Shown piece by piece: positions 12,919-25,524 of a stretch of 64,000 nt of DNA. This stretch comes from Dicyema japonicum. Taxonomy: Eukaryota > Animalia > Dicyemida. How positions within the stretch are numbered: the first letter of the stretch is position 1; each line of letters begins with the position of its first letter. Under the pieces are notes generated by a model. That model worked only from the letters and a program-made list of their open reading frames with translations, ran no database searches and was not told the origin of the DNA. Location of the stretch: the NCBI GenBank assembly GCA_011109175.1, contig RDEW01000001.1, positions 988,784 through 1,052,783 of the forward strand, in the 5' to 3' direction. Both the position numbers and the translations under genes were made by a program.

Positions 12919-13477
12919 NNNNNNNNNNNNNNNNNNNNNNNNNNNNNNNNNNNNNNNNNNNNNNNNNNNNNNNNNNNNNNNNNNNNNNNNNNNNNNNNNN
13001 NNNNNNNNNNNNNNNNNNNNNNNNNNNNNNNNNNNNNNNNNNNNNNNNNNNNNNNNNNNNNNNNNNNNNNNNNNNNNNNNNNNNNNNNNNNNNNNNNNNN
13101 NNNNNNNNNNNNNNNNNNNNNNNNNNNNNNNNNNNNNNNNNNNNNNNNNNNNNNNNNNNNNNNNNNNNNNNNNNNNNNNNNNNNNNNNNNNNNNNNNNNN
13201 NNNNNNNNNNNNNNNNNNNNNNNNNNNNNNNNNNNNNNNNNNNNNNNNNNNNNNNNNNNNNNNNNNNNNNNNNNNNNNNNNNNNNNNNNNNNNNNNNNNN
13301 NNNNNNNNNNNNNNNNNNNNNNNNNNNNNNNNNNNNNNNNNNNNNNNNNNNNNNNNNNNNNNNNNNNNNNNNNNNNNNNNNNNNNNNNNNNNNNNNNNNN
13401 NNNNNNNNNNNNNNNNNNNNNNNNNNNNNNNNNNNNNNNNNNNNNNNNNNNNNNNNNNNNNNNNNNNNNNNNNNNNN
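12919..13477. other. assembly gap (N run)
   Basis: Ns. Confidence 1.
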
Positions 13478-15039
13478 ATATTTTCTTATCATTGATTGAC
13501 ACATTAATATTTTGTCGTCAATTTAGGCTGAGATGTTATTAGCTATTGAATGACACATAATACTTAATTTTCACGGAGAGTTTTCCATCACATTTTTATG
13601 AATCATAATAAGGGAGTACAATTGTATTTGGATGTTTCGCTGGATTTTCGGTTACCACCATCAACCATAAATATCCTAAAAACAATTTTCCAATATCTGC
13701 CATGTTCCAACCCCCAGTCAAAATCGAAGATTAACGATATCCTCTATTCAATATGCGCAGCAAATTTGGCAATTATAACTGCCACTGCAACGCTACCAAT
13801 GCAGACTTTCACAGAGATCGTGCTTTCTCCCAACACTGTCTACGTGAAACCAGCCTTTCGACTGATAAAATCGGATTTGGTATTATTCTTAGTAACGTCT
13901 GCAATACTAAATCTTGAATTGTCTATTGTTTATGCACGTGGAACTTGCATTCGAAAGATGGTGATAATCATATTTGTCTTTTTACTATTCCGCCTATAAC
14001 CTTTATTATTTTTCGAGGATTTCAATGTTGGAATTTGAGGAACAATGTGTTGAAGTGTTGCAAGTTTTAAGTATCTACCAATATTATGTCGACTATTATC
14101 TGATAGAAGCCTCCACTCAGTAAGATCGTCATAACTATCATCTAATAGGATTATGATTACTTAATGTACTACTGGTTTACCTGTTAGGGTGATTTTATAC
14201 CACAGATGGCTGCCAGGGAGAGAATGGACATGCTATATGACCATCTTATCAGCCTAACCTGTGAGGTTGGGGGTTCCTTTGCCCATATTCGTGAAAGTAT
14301 ATTCGGATAAAGTGGGACCGTTGGTGGTTCATTCCAGAAGGATTCAGAAATTGTTAGAACAAAGCTCACCAAATTAGTCGGTTCTAATACTCTTTTTCTC
14401 GGTAGTCATGGGGTTACTAAAAACATATCTTCCAGTTAGGCTGAGGTGGTGGAATATTTGGCGCATTATGCCTGTCCCCATCCTTAATGTAGAAAACATC
14501 CAATACGCGTACTTTTTGAAGGAGGAACCTGATACGCAAATATTCGAATACACTCTGACCCAAATTGGAGGAACTCGGATAACTACCGCATACTTTGAGG
14601 AGGAACGAGTGAATTATTAGTTAACTAATCACTCTCCAATGGTCTACCGGAATACACCGAGAAAGAAGTTAACGACTAAATAAATTTATCTAGTTTCCAT
14701 GGTTACAGAGACCTTCCAATATCAAACATGTTCACCAAGAACCAGTGAGAATGAGAGAAAACACCTTTGCAGTTATATAACCACTTTCTGTTAAGTAGAG
14801 GAGACCAAATGATCCTATTTCATGTCACTTGTGACGAGTAGATTAAATAGGGCAACTTTGGTAAAGCAATGAAAGAGACACAACATATGAAAAAAAGAGA
14901 TATTTCCGATAAAGTAGCAAGCGCAATGTCACAGGTGTGATCCCTTAACCGTTAGGCAACATGGCATATTCTCAGAACTAATGATTTCTTGAAGGACTAT
15001 GAATAACTAAGGATGATCGAAATAACAAAGTTTAGAATT

Positions 15040-15450
15040 ATAATCCAGTCCTAAAAGCTGAAAAGGTCCCCGGTTATAATTTTATTGTTGTCCATTCGGA
15101 TGAAGGTTCCACGCATCTACGATGCTATAGGGTTGACGAGTGACGCCTTCGAGTGAAAGAAAACGGTGGCTGACAAAATCGTTTCAGCCAAAAGCGTGCC
15201 CTCTCAGAAACCCGACAGGTATATNGATACCTTAACCGTTAGGCAACCTGGCATATTCTCAGAACTAATGATCTCTTGCAGGACTATGAATAACTAAGGA
15301 TGATCGAAATAACAAAGTTTAGAACTATAATCCAATCCTAAAAGCTGAAACGGTCCCCGGTTAGAATCTCACTGTTGTCCATTCGGATGAAGGTTCCACG
15401 CATCTACGATGCTATAGGGTTGACGAGTGACGCCTTCGAGTGAAAGAAAA
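15040..15450 (+). mobile_element. degenerate copy (duplicated across N 15225) of the tRNA-derived SINE at 40591-40769
   Basis: GGTTAGAATCTCACTGTTGTCC..GAAGGTTCCACGCATCTACGATGC..GGGTTGACGAGTGACGCC matches the SINE body. Confidence 0.55.
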
Positions 15451-15799
15451 CGGTGGCTGACAAAAACGTTTCAGCCAAAAGCGTGCCCTTTCAGAAACCC
15501 GACAGGTATATTAGGTTCTGTGAACCAAAGTTGGCTTTCATGTGATCACCTGCCCGTGTAGAAAACTGCCTACATTTGTAGCGAACAGATCCACCAAACA
15601 ACTACCAAATAGTGACTTAAGGACGACCGCCGAACTACCGTTCCCAAAATTTTTTTATCTCATAAAATTTCCGTTGAATTGGCAGTGAAAAACTTAAAGT
15701 TCGTAATCTATCGATTTCTGCCATTAGAAATGTCGGAACTTTATTGATTTGTCAGATAATGAGTAATGGTGACTAATAAAGACAAAATATAAATTATAT

Positions 15800-16050
15800 T
15801 TTCGTGAAAATAAAACACGTGGTTAAAATGTCGGAGGGTTGAGGTGATGACGTACTTCGATTGCACAAAATGTCTTTTAAGCTTAATGAAGGATGAAAAC
15901 CCTGGTGTTTTTTCTCGTAAGGGTGGACGATGTGATGGAATCAGGGGAGATCGGATATCCAGAACTATGAACAAAGGTGATGTGATGCTATATAGTCCGG
16001 CTTGAGTCTCGTCCACCCAAATTGGAAGAACTTGGAGGATCATTTGCCAA
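15800..16050 (-). mobile_element. 3' end of second APE-RT LINE family (family B)
   Basis: 15816-15895 aligns by eye to 50929-50998, the 3' end of the 50900-52800 element. Confidence 0.55.
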
Positions 16051-17242
16051 ACAAATTAGGTTCAGGATATTGCGGTTTATAAGTGGTATTATCGTTGTCC
16101 CACAAATCCGATATTTTTAAAAATATTTCAGATTAATGAGGCTTATACAACCAAAGTTCTCCAAAAGGCAGGATATCCTTCTAAGACATACGAATGGTTC
16201 CTTCAGAAATATCATATATGGTGATCCGTTGAATTTTTTGTAGAATTGGACTATTTTACATTGTAAAGCCGATTAAATCTAAGTAAGATTAGTTATCCTA
16301 TTAATCTCGATCATCACTGAATCGACGACTTAAGTTCACCTAAATTCAGCACACACGCACCTTGGAAGGTTCTCTGCTCGTCACTAGTGCAACACCACCG
16401 ACGATATCAGTGAGTAAACTCCACGCACATCTCGAGGATGCAATTTTGAGGAGGCATCTAGGTCCTCTGCCTCATTTAGCTTCATTTTTGAATTCCTTAG
16501 GTCTTTTTGGGTTGAAACTTATGGTAGGTACCTCGGTCGTTCTCGATATCCTCTAGTGAAGTCTAGGTAAGCTTCCATTTAATCGTTGGGAGGTAACGTT
16601 GGCTACATTATAAGGATTTGCCTAAAAAGTAAATATTTTTAATATAAAATCCACAAAACAAATTAAAAATTAAATTTAAACCAAAACTAATTCTATGGCA
16701 TCAATAATGTCCAATTTCCATAATAATAATTAAGACTAAATAGAATTTTATTGGCCACGTCACCACTTTTAGTTGATTAAAAAAACAACTATCAAAGTGA
16801 GAAATCATCGAACCAAGATTTATCAGTCGCCGAATAACCCACTTTTCAAGCCATCCATCATTTCAACGTCTGATTTTTTGTTATCACCATTTTGTTCGAT
16901 AAATCCATTTTAATGGCTAACATTTACAAAAATGGGCATTTTGTCCCTAAAAGACGCCAAGCAATTAGACTAACATTCAACGACATCAAGCAGTAATAAA
17001 CCACAGAAACACTCACTTTAACGACTTGCAATTTGAATAATGTAACGATGTAGGTCAGCTCGACCTCTTTCTGGATCTCCTCGACATTGGTCGCTACTTA
17101 ATGCAAAGTCATAGTCATAGTTTACTGTGGACTGTTGATTGATGCCAATAAATTAGCCTAAGCAACCGATTGATTAATCGTACGCTGCATATAAAACGCT
17201 GATTAGCGGGTTTTGCGTCTTGTCGACAGTTTTTGGGTTGTT

Positions 17243-18457
17243 ATGGATTCTGTTCGAAGTCAGGCTTCTCCAATGTCTCCAGGAAAGTCGAATGCTGCGC
17301 CAATAAATGCAACATTCTACTTAGAGCAGTTGCTATGGGACAAATATGCCATAGAATGTATGCCTAATGTATTTACCTGTGTGGAAAAGCTTCTTGACGA
17401 AGGTTAGCCTCCTTAAGAGATCATTCTTGTAGAGATCCGCAAAGTCAAGGCTTCCCTGCTTAACATAAACGAGGAGGATATCCCCGAGCACGAACCTCAG
17501 GGCGGCAAGGGTCCAGTTGTGGCTTTGTCGGAGAAGCTTTATGTCCCGTATAAAGAATTCCCTGAAGTAGGAGTTATTGGAATTAATTTTAGTTCAATTT
17601 TGTGGGTAGAATTCTCGGTCCACGTGGGATGACCGCGAAACAGCTCGAACAGAAGACTGGCTGTAAGATTATGGTCAGAGGGAAGGGATCGATGAGGGAT
17701 AAGAATAAGGTTATTAGCTTTATTATTCCGGCTTAATTAACATAAATGCTATTTTATCAAATTTATTGGTGAATGCGGCTTTCTATATTTCTGCGGTCAT
17801 TTTCCGTTACCGCTATTTCAGGAGGACAGTAATCGCGGAAAACCCAACTGGGAGCATTTAAACGAGGATCTACACGTGCTGATTACAGTGGAAGACTACA
17901 AAGAGATTGCTGAGATCAAAATTGAAAAAGCAAAGAGGGAAATCAACAAACTTCTGATTCCTTCGGTTTCTTGTGGTAATTACCGGTAGACTAACGGAGA
18001 GGACGATCTGAAGAAGTTCCAACTTATGGAACTAGCAATATTGAATGGTACATATAGAAATGATGCCTATGAAATATACAAAAAAAGTAGTTATATTAAA
18101 AATTTATTATAACCTATTTATTTTTTTAAATATATTTTTTTAGGCAAAAGATACGATTCGAATCATGTGGAAAGAAGAGTTATGAGTAATCCCTTCCCAG
18201 GAGGCGTATATTACCCTCACTGTATGCAAGGTCAAGGGAAGTCGAACAAAGATTTCTCTGACTGTACAAAGTCATCCCCAGGGTCTTCGATTGGAATGTT
18301 GGGGTGTCCATATCAGACCCCTTACTCACCATATTTTGGAAGCAATAACGAAATGGCGGGAGTGTTTTATGTGGATCCATACTCTCCGTTGGCAGGATCT
18401 ACCTACTTTGGAGGTCAACGATATCCTGAGTCGTCTTCAAAGACCGACTGTGATTGA
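17243..18457 (+). CDS. QKI: STAR-family KH RNA-binding protein (Quaking/How/GLD-1 homolog)
   Basis: QUA1 [20 protein letters not shown]; [59 protein letters not shown]; QUA2 [21 protein letters not shown]; Tyr/Pro-rich tail; GT-AG introns keep the frame open. Confidence 0.95.
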
Positions 18458-18944
18458 TTCCCTTCATATTTATGTTTTCCAAGACATTATTTAGATTAGT
18501 TATCCTGCTGGGATTATTTATGGAATTTTTGTTATATTTGAGTTTTCTAAACATAAGATAGATTTTTGAATAAAATTTGCTTCCTTATAGATGGCTAACC
18601 TCCATTAATACTAACACGTGGCTTGGACCATTAAGGGATCAAATCTCAGTATGAATAAGCTACGTTGACCTCATTTCTGGTAACTTGTTGTAAGTCATCG
18701 AAATTGATCTTTTTGGGTTCAAGTGGGTTGATTATCCGAAAGCTGCTGTTTTTGCCAGATACTGTATGGTCTTACTTGAGGTATTCGACGCAGAATTGGC
18801 CGCCAGTGTAGCTTAGATGACAAAAGAAAGAGACACCAGTGATGAATAAACAGATTCTTTCACTCTATTCTGTTGAGACTTCTGAAGTGCTCGTCTCCAG
18901 CATACTAGGAATTGTTAAAATGATCAGACTTCTTGTCAAATGAT

Positions 18945-19480
18945 AGCAGGGATAGCCTCGAATGACACGTTTGTTCTTCCAGAAAATTGACATTGAAATG
19001 AGCGAAGAGACCACAACAAAAAACTAGAACTAATAAACTAGACGATCTCGTCACGTTTCAGCAGAGCCCTTAACTAAGTATTATTTCTTTGAGCTCATAC
19101 AAGATTGAAGTGGAGACGCCTTTCACTTGTTATGTCTGAAAAGCACGAATGACATTCAATGTCAGGTGGTTAGGCACGACTGTCAGATGATCTCATCTTT
19201 CCCATGGCCNTAGCAGGGATAGCCTTGAATGACACGTTGGTTCTTCCAGAAAATTGACATTGAAATGAACGAAGAGACCACAACCAAAAAACTAGAACTA
19301 GTAAACTAGGCGATCTCGTCACGTTTCAGCAGAGCCCTTAACTAGGTATTATTTCTTTGAGCTCATACAAGGTTGAAGTGGAGACGCCTTTCACTTGTTA
19401 TGTCTGAAAAGCACGGATGACATTCAATGTCAGGTGGTTAGGCACGACTGTCAGATGATCTCATCTTTACCATGAACTAG
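18945..19480. repeat. ~265 bp duplication across N 19210
   Basis: TAGCAGGGATAGCC..CTCATCTTT.CCATG twice, with scattered mismatches. Confidence 0.9.
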
Positions 19481-20107
19481 TATCTGTTTGCTCCCTCAAA
19501 GAAACACAAAAAACATCTCAATTGATGAGGATTACAGGGAATAAAAATTTCTTTTACACTATGTTTTTTTTAGCGCTATTAGGAACAATCGGTTTTAGAG
19601 GCTTTGGTTGAATAACTCTTTTGATCGAAATTTGTGGTTTATTTTAACTTTATGACGGTAAATTCTGATTTGCTTTTTTAACAGCGATGAATTGAAAATT
19701 CATAGATTCTGTTATGAAGATTGAATGACTACTCCAGTAACTATCTAGCCACCGCTATTTTCTGCACATTCTGACGCCGATTCTGCTGAACGGAAATAAT
19801 TCAAGTTCTTAGCTATCGGAGATCGGTTCCAATCGATTTCGAAACTTCTAGGGCAGTGGAAGAATCACTAAAGGAGTTATCTATTAAATTGGAGATGCAA
19901 TCACGATGCGTCTTAGACACTCAAGTGAACAGAAATGGTCCTGCACCTCGGAATCGCCACCGTCCCCGGAAATGCGCAGTCTCTATGCAGCCTGAGCCTA
20001 ATTTGTATCTATTCCTTAGTAAAGAACTTATAAAATAAAGTTACCTATCATATTTAAGATTATATATAGAACCATAAGATATCGAGATTATGATCGATAG
20101 TCCACAC

Positions 20108-20240
20108 CAGTGGTTCTCATCTTTTTTCCCGCTGCCCATTTTGAAATTTCATCATCCCATCTAAAAATTTGCACCGCCCATAAGTAAATTTATTTTTTTT
20201 AAATATAATTTTATAAAATTAATAACTCATGTATTATTTT
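20108..20240 (+). mobile_element. hAT-type MITE end
   Basis: Starts CAGTGGTTCTCA like the TIRs at 54257/54438; second TIR not clear. Confidence 0.4.
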
Positions 20241-20244
20241 AAAA

Positions 20245-20485
20245 CCACGTGCCACCATGTGGTGCTGTGTAGCTAACTGGTTGAAAATTTCTCTTCCTTC
20301 CCTCTGAAGGAGTCATTGGATCCACTTTACTCAGAAGAGCCCAATGTTTGGCCGACATTCTGAAGGATCCAACTATTCTTTCCACCGGGAGACAATTTCG
20401 TTCCGTAGCGACAAGCTCTGGAATCGATCTCAGCTCCCCGGACAACGTCCTCTGGATCAATGTTCTTGGATGAAAATTCTGTTGG
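20245..20485 (+). mobile_element. short non-autonomous element with pseudoknot head (tail not adjacent)
   Basis: Colinear with the reverse complement of 55195-55480; core at 20309-20372. Confidence 0.8.
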
Positions 20486-20714
20486 CTCACTTAAAATCAA
20501 ATATCACCTCGCAAACTTTCAATTTATTTCGTTCACTTCTCAATAAATAATTAAGTGAGCTGAATCCTCCTTCAACATGATATGAAGTTGGAAAGTACAA
20601 GATTATGAGATCGAGTTCCACTTGAAAACTGTTCTATAATCTTAATTCTAGCAAAATTGAGGTATTCTGAAAGTTAACTTCATATTATGTATTATTTTTA
20701 AGGTCTATTTATTT

Positions 20715-20810
20715 CGTAGGAGGAAAAAACACCGAGCAAAGATGAGAATGCATAGGGATTACGTGATGATTAGTCGGTTTTACCGTGGTCTTGGGTTGTT
20801 AAATAAATCA
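20715..20810 (+). mobile_element. family A LINE 3' end
   Basis: KHRAKMR..GIT* plus the tail TTAGTCGGTTTTACCGTGGTCTTGGG. Confidence 0.75.
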
Positions 20811-23390
20811 ACGAGTTGGGAATTTTATGGGTAATCTTTTTTCGATGCTCAAACTGTGATCCCAAACAGTTTCTATACGGACGGGGGTCTTTTTCCCTTT
20901 TTCCTCTGAAATTGCCTCTATGATAGACTCGAGAACTCTGGGGGCAATTTCTTTATCTGTATTTTTTCAAGTAATTTTATTGCTCTTGATCTCTTGAATT
21001 TTTGTTAGGTTCGTTGTCGACAGGTTAGATCCGCATTCAGCACATGTATAGCCTATTGTTGGCTCGATTTTCGCACAACCATCCATATATGTTATTTAGT
21101 ATTCCTTGTAGTCTTTCTTTAGCATGTTCGACATTTACGTCCCTAGATGCGACAACTATGTCATCGGTATAGGAAGGTAGTACGTCATTATTATTCATAG
21201 GTATGGGGAGATCATTCAGAAACAAATTAAAGAGGATTGGTGACAAAGGGGATCCCTGGAGTACACCATTGGGTAACAATCCCTATCTGGAACTCTTGTT
21301 TCCGACACACACTTCCCCTCAGCGTCCACTTAAGAAATTTGCTATCCATATCTTTAGTGGTGCATGGATTTTTGTCAAAAATTTTTTTTGTATGAAGATC
21401 TTCCTTAGGACAGAGTCGAATGCTGCTTGAATGTCAATTTTACATATGACCGATTTTTCCAGTTTTGGCTTGTTCTTGTGTCCTTCAGTTATGAACTTCA
21501 TTAGTGTTGTTAGGAAGGAGGTTGTTGATGATCCTTCCTTGAAGCCATGTTGGAATGTAGGTTGTGGGAGAAAGGGATGAATAAGTTTTAGGACCAGTTT
21601 TTCCAGGATCCTCAACAAAACACATATAAGGTTGACTGGTCTGTAAGAGCGGGGATCGGTCTCCCCGGTTTTAATATTAGACGAATTTTTGATAGTTTCC
21701 ATAAAGCCGGTATGGTATTTATGTTTAGCGATGTGTTGTAGATGATTGTCAGTTATTGATGGTGAGCCCAAGTGTTTCAGCAGAATAAGAGGTTTCTGTC
21801 TGGGCCACATGAGTTTGTTAGTTTTTTTTCTGATTTGATATTGCTTTGATTACATTTTTAGGAAGAAAATAAATCAGCGGAACCATTTTGGATGGCTTTC
21901 TCTTTATTTTCGGCTGTGTGTTAATCTTGTTATAGAAATGTGACTGATTAGGATACAATGTTTCATAAATTTATTCAGATTGAGCTGGCATTGTTCTTAT
22001 TATCTTCGTATTCTGGGTTCTTCAGACGCCTCAACATCTTCCTCATGTTGGAAATTAAGGTCTGATTATTCATGGCAACAGAGATTCGCATGAATTTCTT
22101 CCTTCGGGTGTTGTTCGTGCTTTTCGTGATCAGAATGTTTAGTGCCCTGATTCGACTAATGACCTCTCGTGATCGATGTGTCATTCTTCTAAGGGTGTTT
22201 CTTTCCATAATTATTTTTTTTGTTTTTAAGTCGTATTTTAATTCTTCGTTTTTTATATATGCTTTTCTGACAAAAATTTTTTCCTCGTCAATGATTATTT
22301 TGTTGAAATAGTATACAGCTCTGTCTATGGAGGAGAAATTTTCAGGATTAAAATTTTGCAGCTTTGAATCAAAAAATTTGTAAAGCCAGTCCAATTTGCA
22401 TTTTAGTAATCATAGAAATGAATAGGCTTCGGTACAAAACATGGCTCGTAGTTCAGTTTCATTATCATTGAGTGGTGGTCACTCTGGAGGTCAAAACGGA
22501 CCGTACAATTAATGATCGAGGAATGACGAGGCGAGCAGATTTACAAGTCCGGAGATGTAGCCATGTCCTTCGTGTTGTACGGTGTCCTAGTGTTCTTTTT
22601 CGGGTTTTTGATGATTTGGGATAATAGCAGGTTTTGTCTGTTATCAGCGACTTGGTAGCGGAACCAAGAAAGATACTTCGCATTCAGGTCTCCACATAAA
22701 ACCAAGTTCTCCATTTTGACCAAGGTCGATAGGTCAAAGCAGAGATTTTTCTTGCAGAAGCCAAGAGGAACAAAAATATTCGCAATTTCAATTTTTCCAA
22801 TGGAAGTTACAACAGAGATTCCAATTATCTCTGTGTTCGAGTCTTCCATTAGGCTCTTGTAAGGAGAAGGGTTCTGGAGGTATTTAATTCGTTTTGTCAA
22901 AGAATCAGTAGACCCCCTCCTTGGCTTCGAGTCTTCCATTAGGCTCTTGTAAGGAGAAGGGTTCTGGAGGTATTTAATTCGTTTTGTCAAAGAGTCAGTA
23001 GACCCCCTCCTTGGCCAGATGGGAGGTCAGATCTTATTGTGTTGTATCCATTAAAGAGAAGTAGAGTTTTTTGAAAGCTTCGGTTCCTGGAGGAAGCAGA
23101 TATCTACTCTGTTCCTCTCGAAGAATAAGGAAAGTTAGGCAATCTTTCCACTGATCCCGTTTATGTTTTAGATTTGAATTGTTAATTTCTTTAATCTTGG
23201 ATTTTGTTCCACGTCTCATGAGGTCAACAGTCTCAACCGATAGAATGTTCCAACATTGAGAGAATTCCGTCCAGTTGGAAGTCCTCTGATTGGTAGGGAG
23301 CAAATGGTTCTTTTTAGATATAGTTTAGGAATATATCCGACGCCACCAGAAACGATGAACCACATGACGCACGCTAAATTATACATTACC
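20810..23390 (-). mobile_element. near full-length APE-RT non-LTR retrotransposon (family A), decayed; clade not determined (Jockey/I-like motifs)
   Basis: APE: CWNI, IEIANIFVP, LCGDLNAK. RT: YRPVNL, FQHGFKEGSST, IDIQAAFDSV, GVLQGSPLSPILFNLFLNDLP, YTDD. 3' region 20820-20945 matches the reverse complement of 33590-33720. In-frame 90 bp duplication at 22836/22926. Confidence 0.9.
23302..23370 (-). ncRNA. structured RNA with HDV-ribozyme-like nested pseudoknot at the LINE 5' end (activity unproven)
   Basis: P1 GCGUC/GGCGU, P2 UGGUUC/GAACCA, P3 AUC/GGU, P4 GAUAUA/UAUAUC; helices covary with five other copies in the window. Confidence 0.6.
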
Positions 23391-23447
23391 AGCCATGAGG
23401 GCTATTTTTGAATTTTAAATTTTTTTAATTAATATATATTTACAAAT

Positions 23448-23696
23448 ATTTAAATAATTTAAATAAAAACGTGAGATGATATTATTTGGATATCACTGAA
23501 ATATTCATAAGAGGTTTCTCGCATGAGATTCAGGAAACATTTGTTAACGTGCTTTGGCATGAAAGCTTGAAAATTTAAATAATTTAAATAAAAACGTGAG
23601 ATGATATTATTTGGATATCACTGAAATATTCATAAGAGGTTTCTCGCATGAGATTCAGGAAACATTTGTTAACGTGCTTTGGCATGAAAGCTTGAA
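23448..23696. repeat. tandem duplication, 125 bp x2
   Basis: Starts at 23448 and 23573, essentially identical. Confidence 0.9.
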
Positions 23697-23987
23697 GATA
23701 ATCGTCTCAAATTTTAAAGGATCTTTAACTCGGTCAGTGCCCACGTTGTACACTCAATTCATCGAGTCAATTATAATTTATGGATGTGCAGTTTGAGGAA
23801 CAAAACTTACCAGGATAAACATGGATAAATCAACTCTGCTGAGTCAGTTCTGACCAAAGCAATTTCTCGAATCACAGGGCAATAGGGCGGCATATTCATC
23901 AAAAATGGAAAACCGCCGGAAGAAATATGTTTTCGAAAATTTGTTGGTTCCCGAAAGCAACATCGGAAAAATGAGAATATAGCTGAG

Positions 23988-24524
23988 AAAAGGCGGGATC
24001 ACCTGAAAGCGTTTTCGTTTTAATTGGTGTTACCTGGTGATTTATGACTTATTAATGAAACTGGGTTTCTTTGTCAAAGCGTAATATGTGTGTTTTGGTT
24101 ACGCCGAGATTAAACAATATTTGTGATACGACATATCTCTATCATTTTGAATATGGTACACTTTTTTATTTTGTTCGTCCATGTGAATTGTTATTAGTTG
24201 TTTTTGGTGGAAAGACTCTAGCATATTTAGCTTTGGTTTGATGTCCCCAAATAGAGNGAAGGCGGGATCACCTGAAAGCGTTTTCGTTTTAATTGGTGCT
24301 AACTGGTGATTTATGACTTATTAATGAAACTGGGTTTCTTTGTCAAAGCGTAATATGTGTGTTTTGGTTACGCCGAGATTAAACAATATTTGTGATACGA
24401 CATATCTCTATCATTTTGAATATGGTACACTTTATATTTTGTTCGTCCATGTGAATTGTTATTAGTTGTTTTTGATGGAAAGACTCTAGCATATTTAGCT
24501 TTGGTTTGATGTCCCCAAATAGAG
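23988..24524. repeat. ~270 bp duplication across N 24257
   Basis: GAAAAGGCGGGATCACCTGAAAGCG..TGTCCCCAAATAGAG twice. Confidence 0.9.
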
Positions 24525-25524
24525 GAGTTCAAGGATCTGAAATGTTATTCAACTTTTTAAGACCATACATTTGATTTTCCAGTTAAACCAAAAATATATG
24601 GCAAGATCAGCTAAAGTCATTCCTTTGAGGGTAACTGCTAATTATGAATTTTATTTTAGTCTCTGTGAAGTATCTGGATGGAGCTCTGTCTAGATCGGAT
24701 AAAGTGGACGCACTTCTATATTTTTTAAGAGCTATTTCACCGAGTTTAGGTGGAAGTAGAAAAAAAACACAATAAATTCGAAGCAATATTTTGTAAAGGT
24801 TATGTGCAAGCAGAAACATAAACACAATAAATTCGACACAATTCTAGCAGGAATACAGAATTTTCGGATCCTAACAACACTATTAGTAATTTAATTTTAA
24901 TTGAACGAGAAAGAGGATAAGAGTTATCTTATAATTCAGCCATGCCCAAAGAAGAGCCAGTGCCCCCTTTGGGTGCCACAAAACTTGACAACTATCACAG
25001 GTGACATACGGTCTGCTATTTTTTCATTCCAAGGAAGCAACACTGCTGATTAGATGCACAGCAAAAGTCATCGTTATGGTTCCTCACTCCTCTGCTATTA
25101 GCTCCAATGAAATTTTCAGTTCTACTACGTGACCTCACTTGAGTTCCAAATGCCTGCAAGGAAAGTGGGATCACGTATATCACCAATCACCAAAGCGAGA
25201 TTCGAGTAAAAATTTTCAATTTCTTCAGGAAATTTCAATGCTGTCAACTGTCAGTGTTAATAATCATCGTAGGCGTTTTCCGGTCATTAACCGCAATGCT
25301 GATATCTTGTCACTGACGCTCCACCACTCTTGGGTCGAGTTGGCGTATTGTTTGTGGACTGCTAAACCTTGTCCATAGTGTCGACACTCTGATTTATGAT
25401 GACGTCATCACCTTAGACAAAAATCAATTTAGAGCGCCTAAAGTCCTTGTTATAATAATTTTACAGCATTGCAAACCATAACTATCCAAAAAAATAATTC
25501 CTATAAAATTTATAATATTACATA

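Noticed and set aside
12632-13504. Long ORFs in the track (also 34437-34921)
   Set aside because: They run through N gaps.
13598-13999. 133 aa ORF as a gene
   Set aside because: No recognisable domain or splice context, and the strand is ambiguous.
18760-18850. EGF-like motif on the minus strand (FCHLSYTGGQFC)
   Set aside because: Cys spacing incomplete and the frame is stop-ridden.
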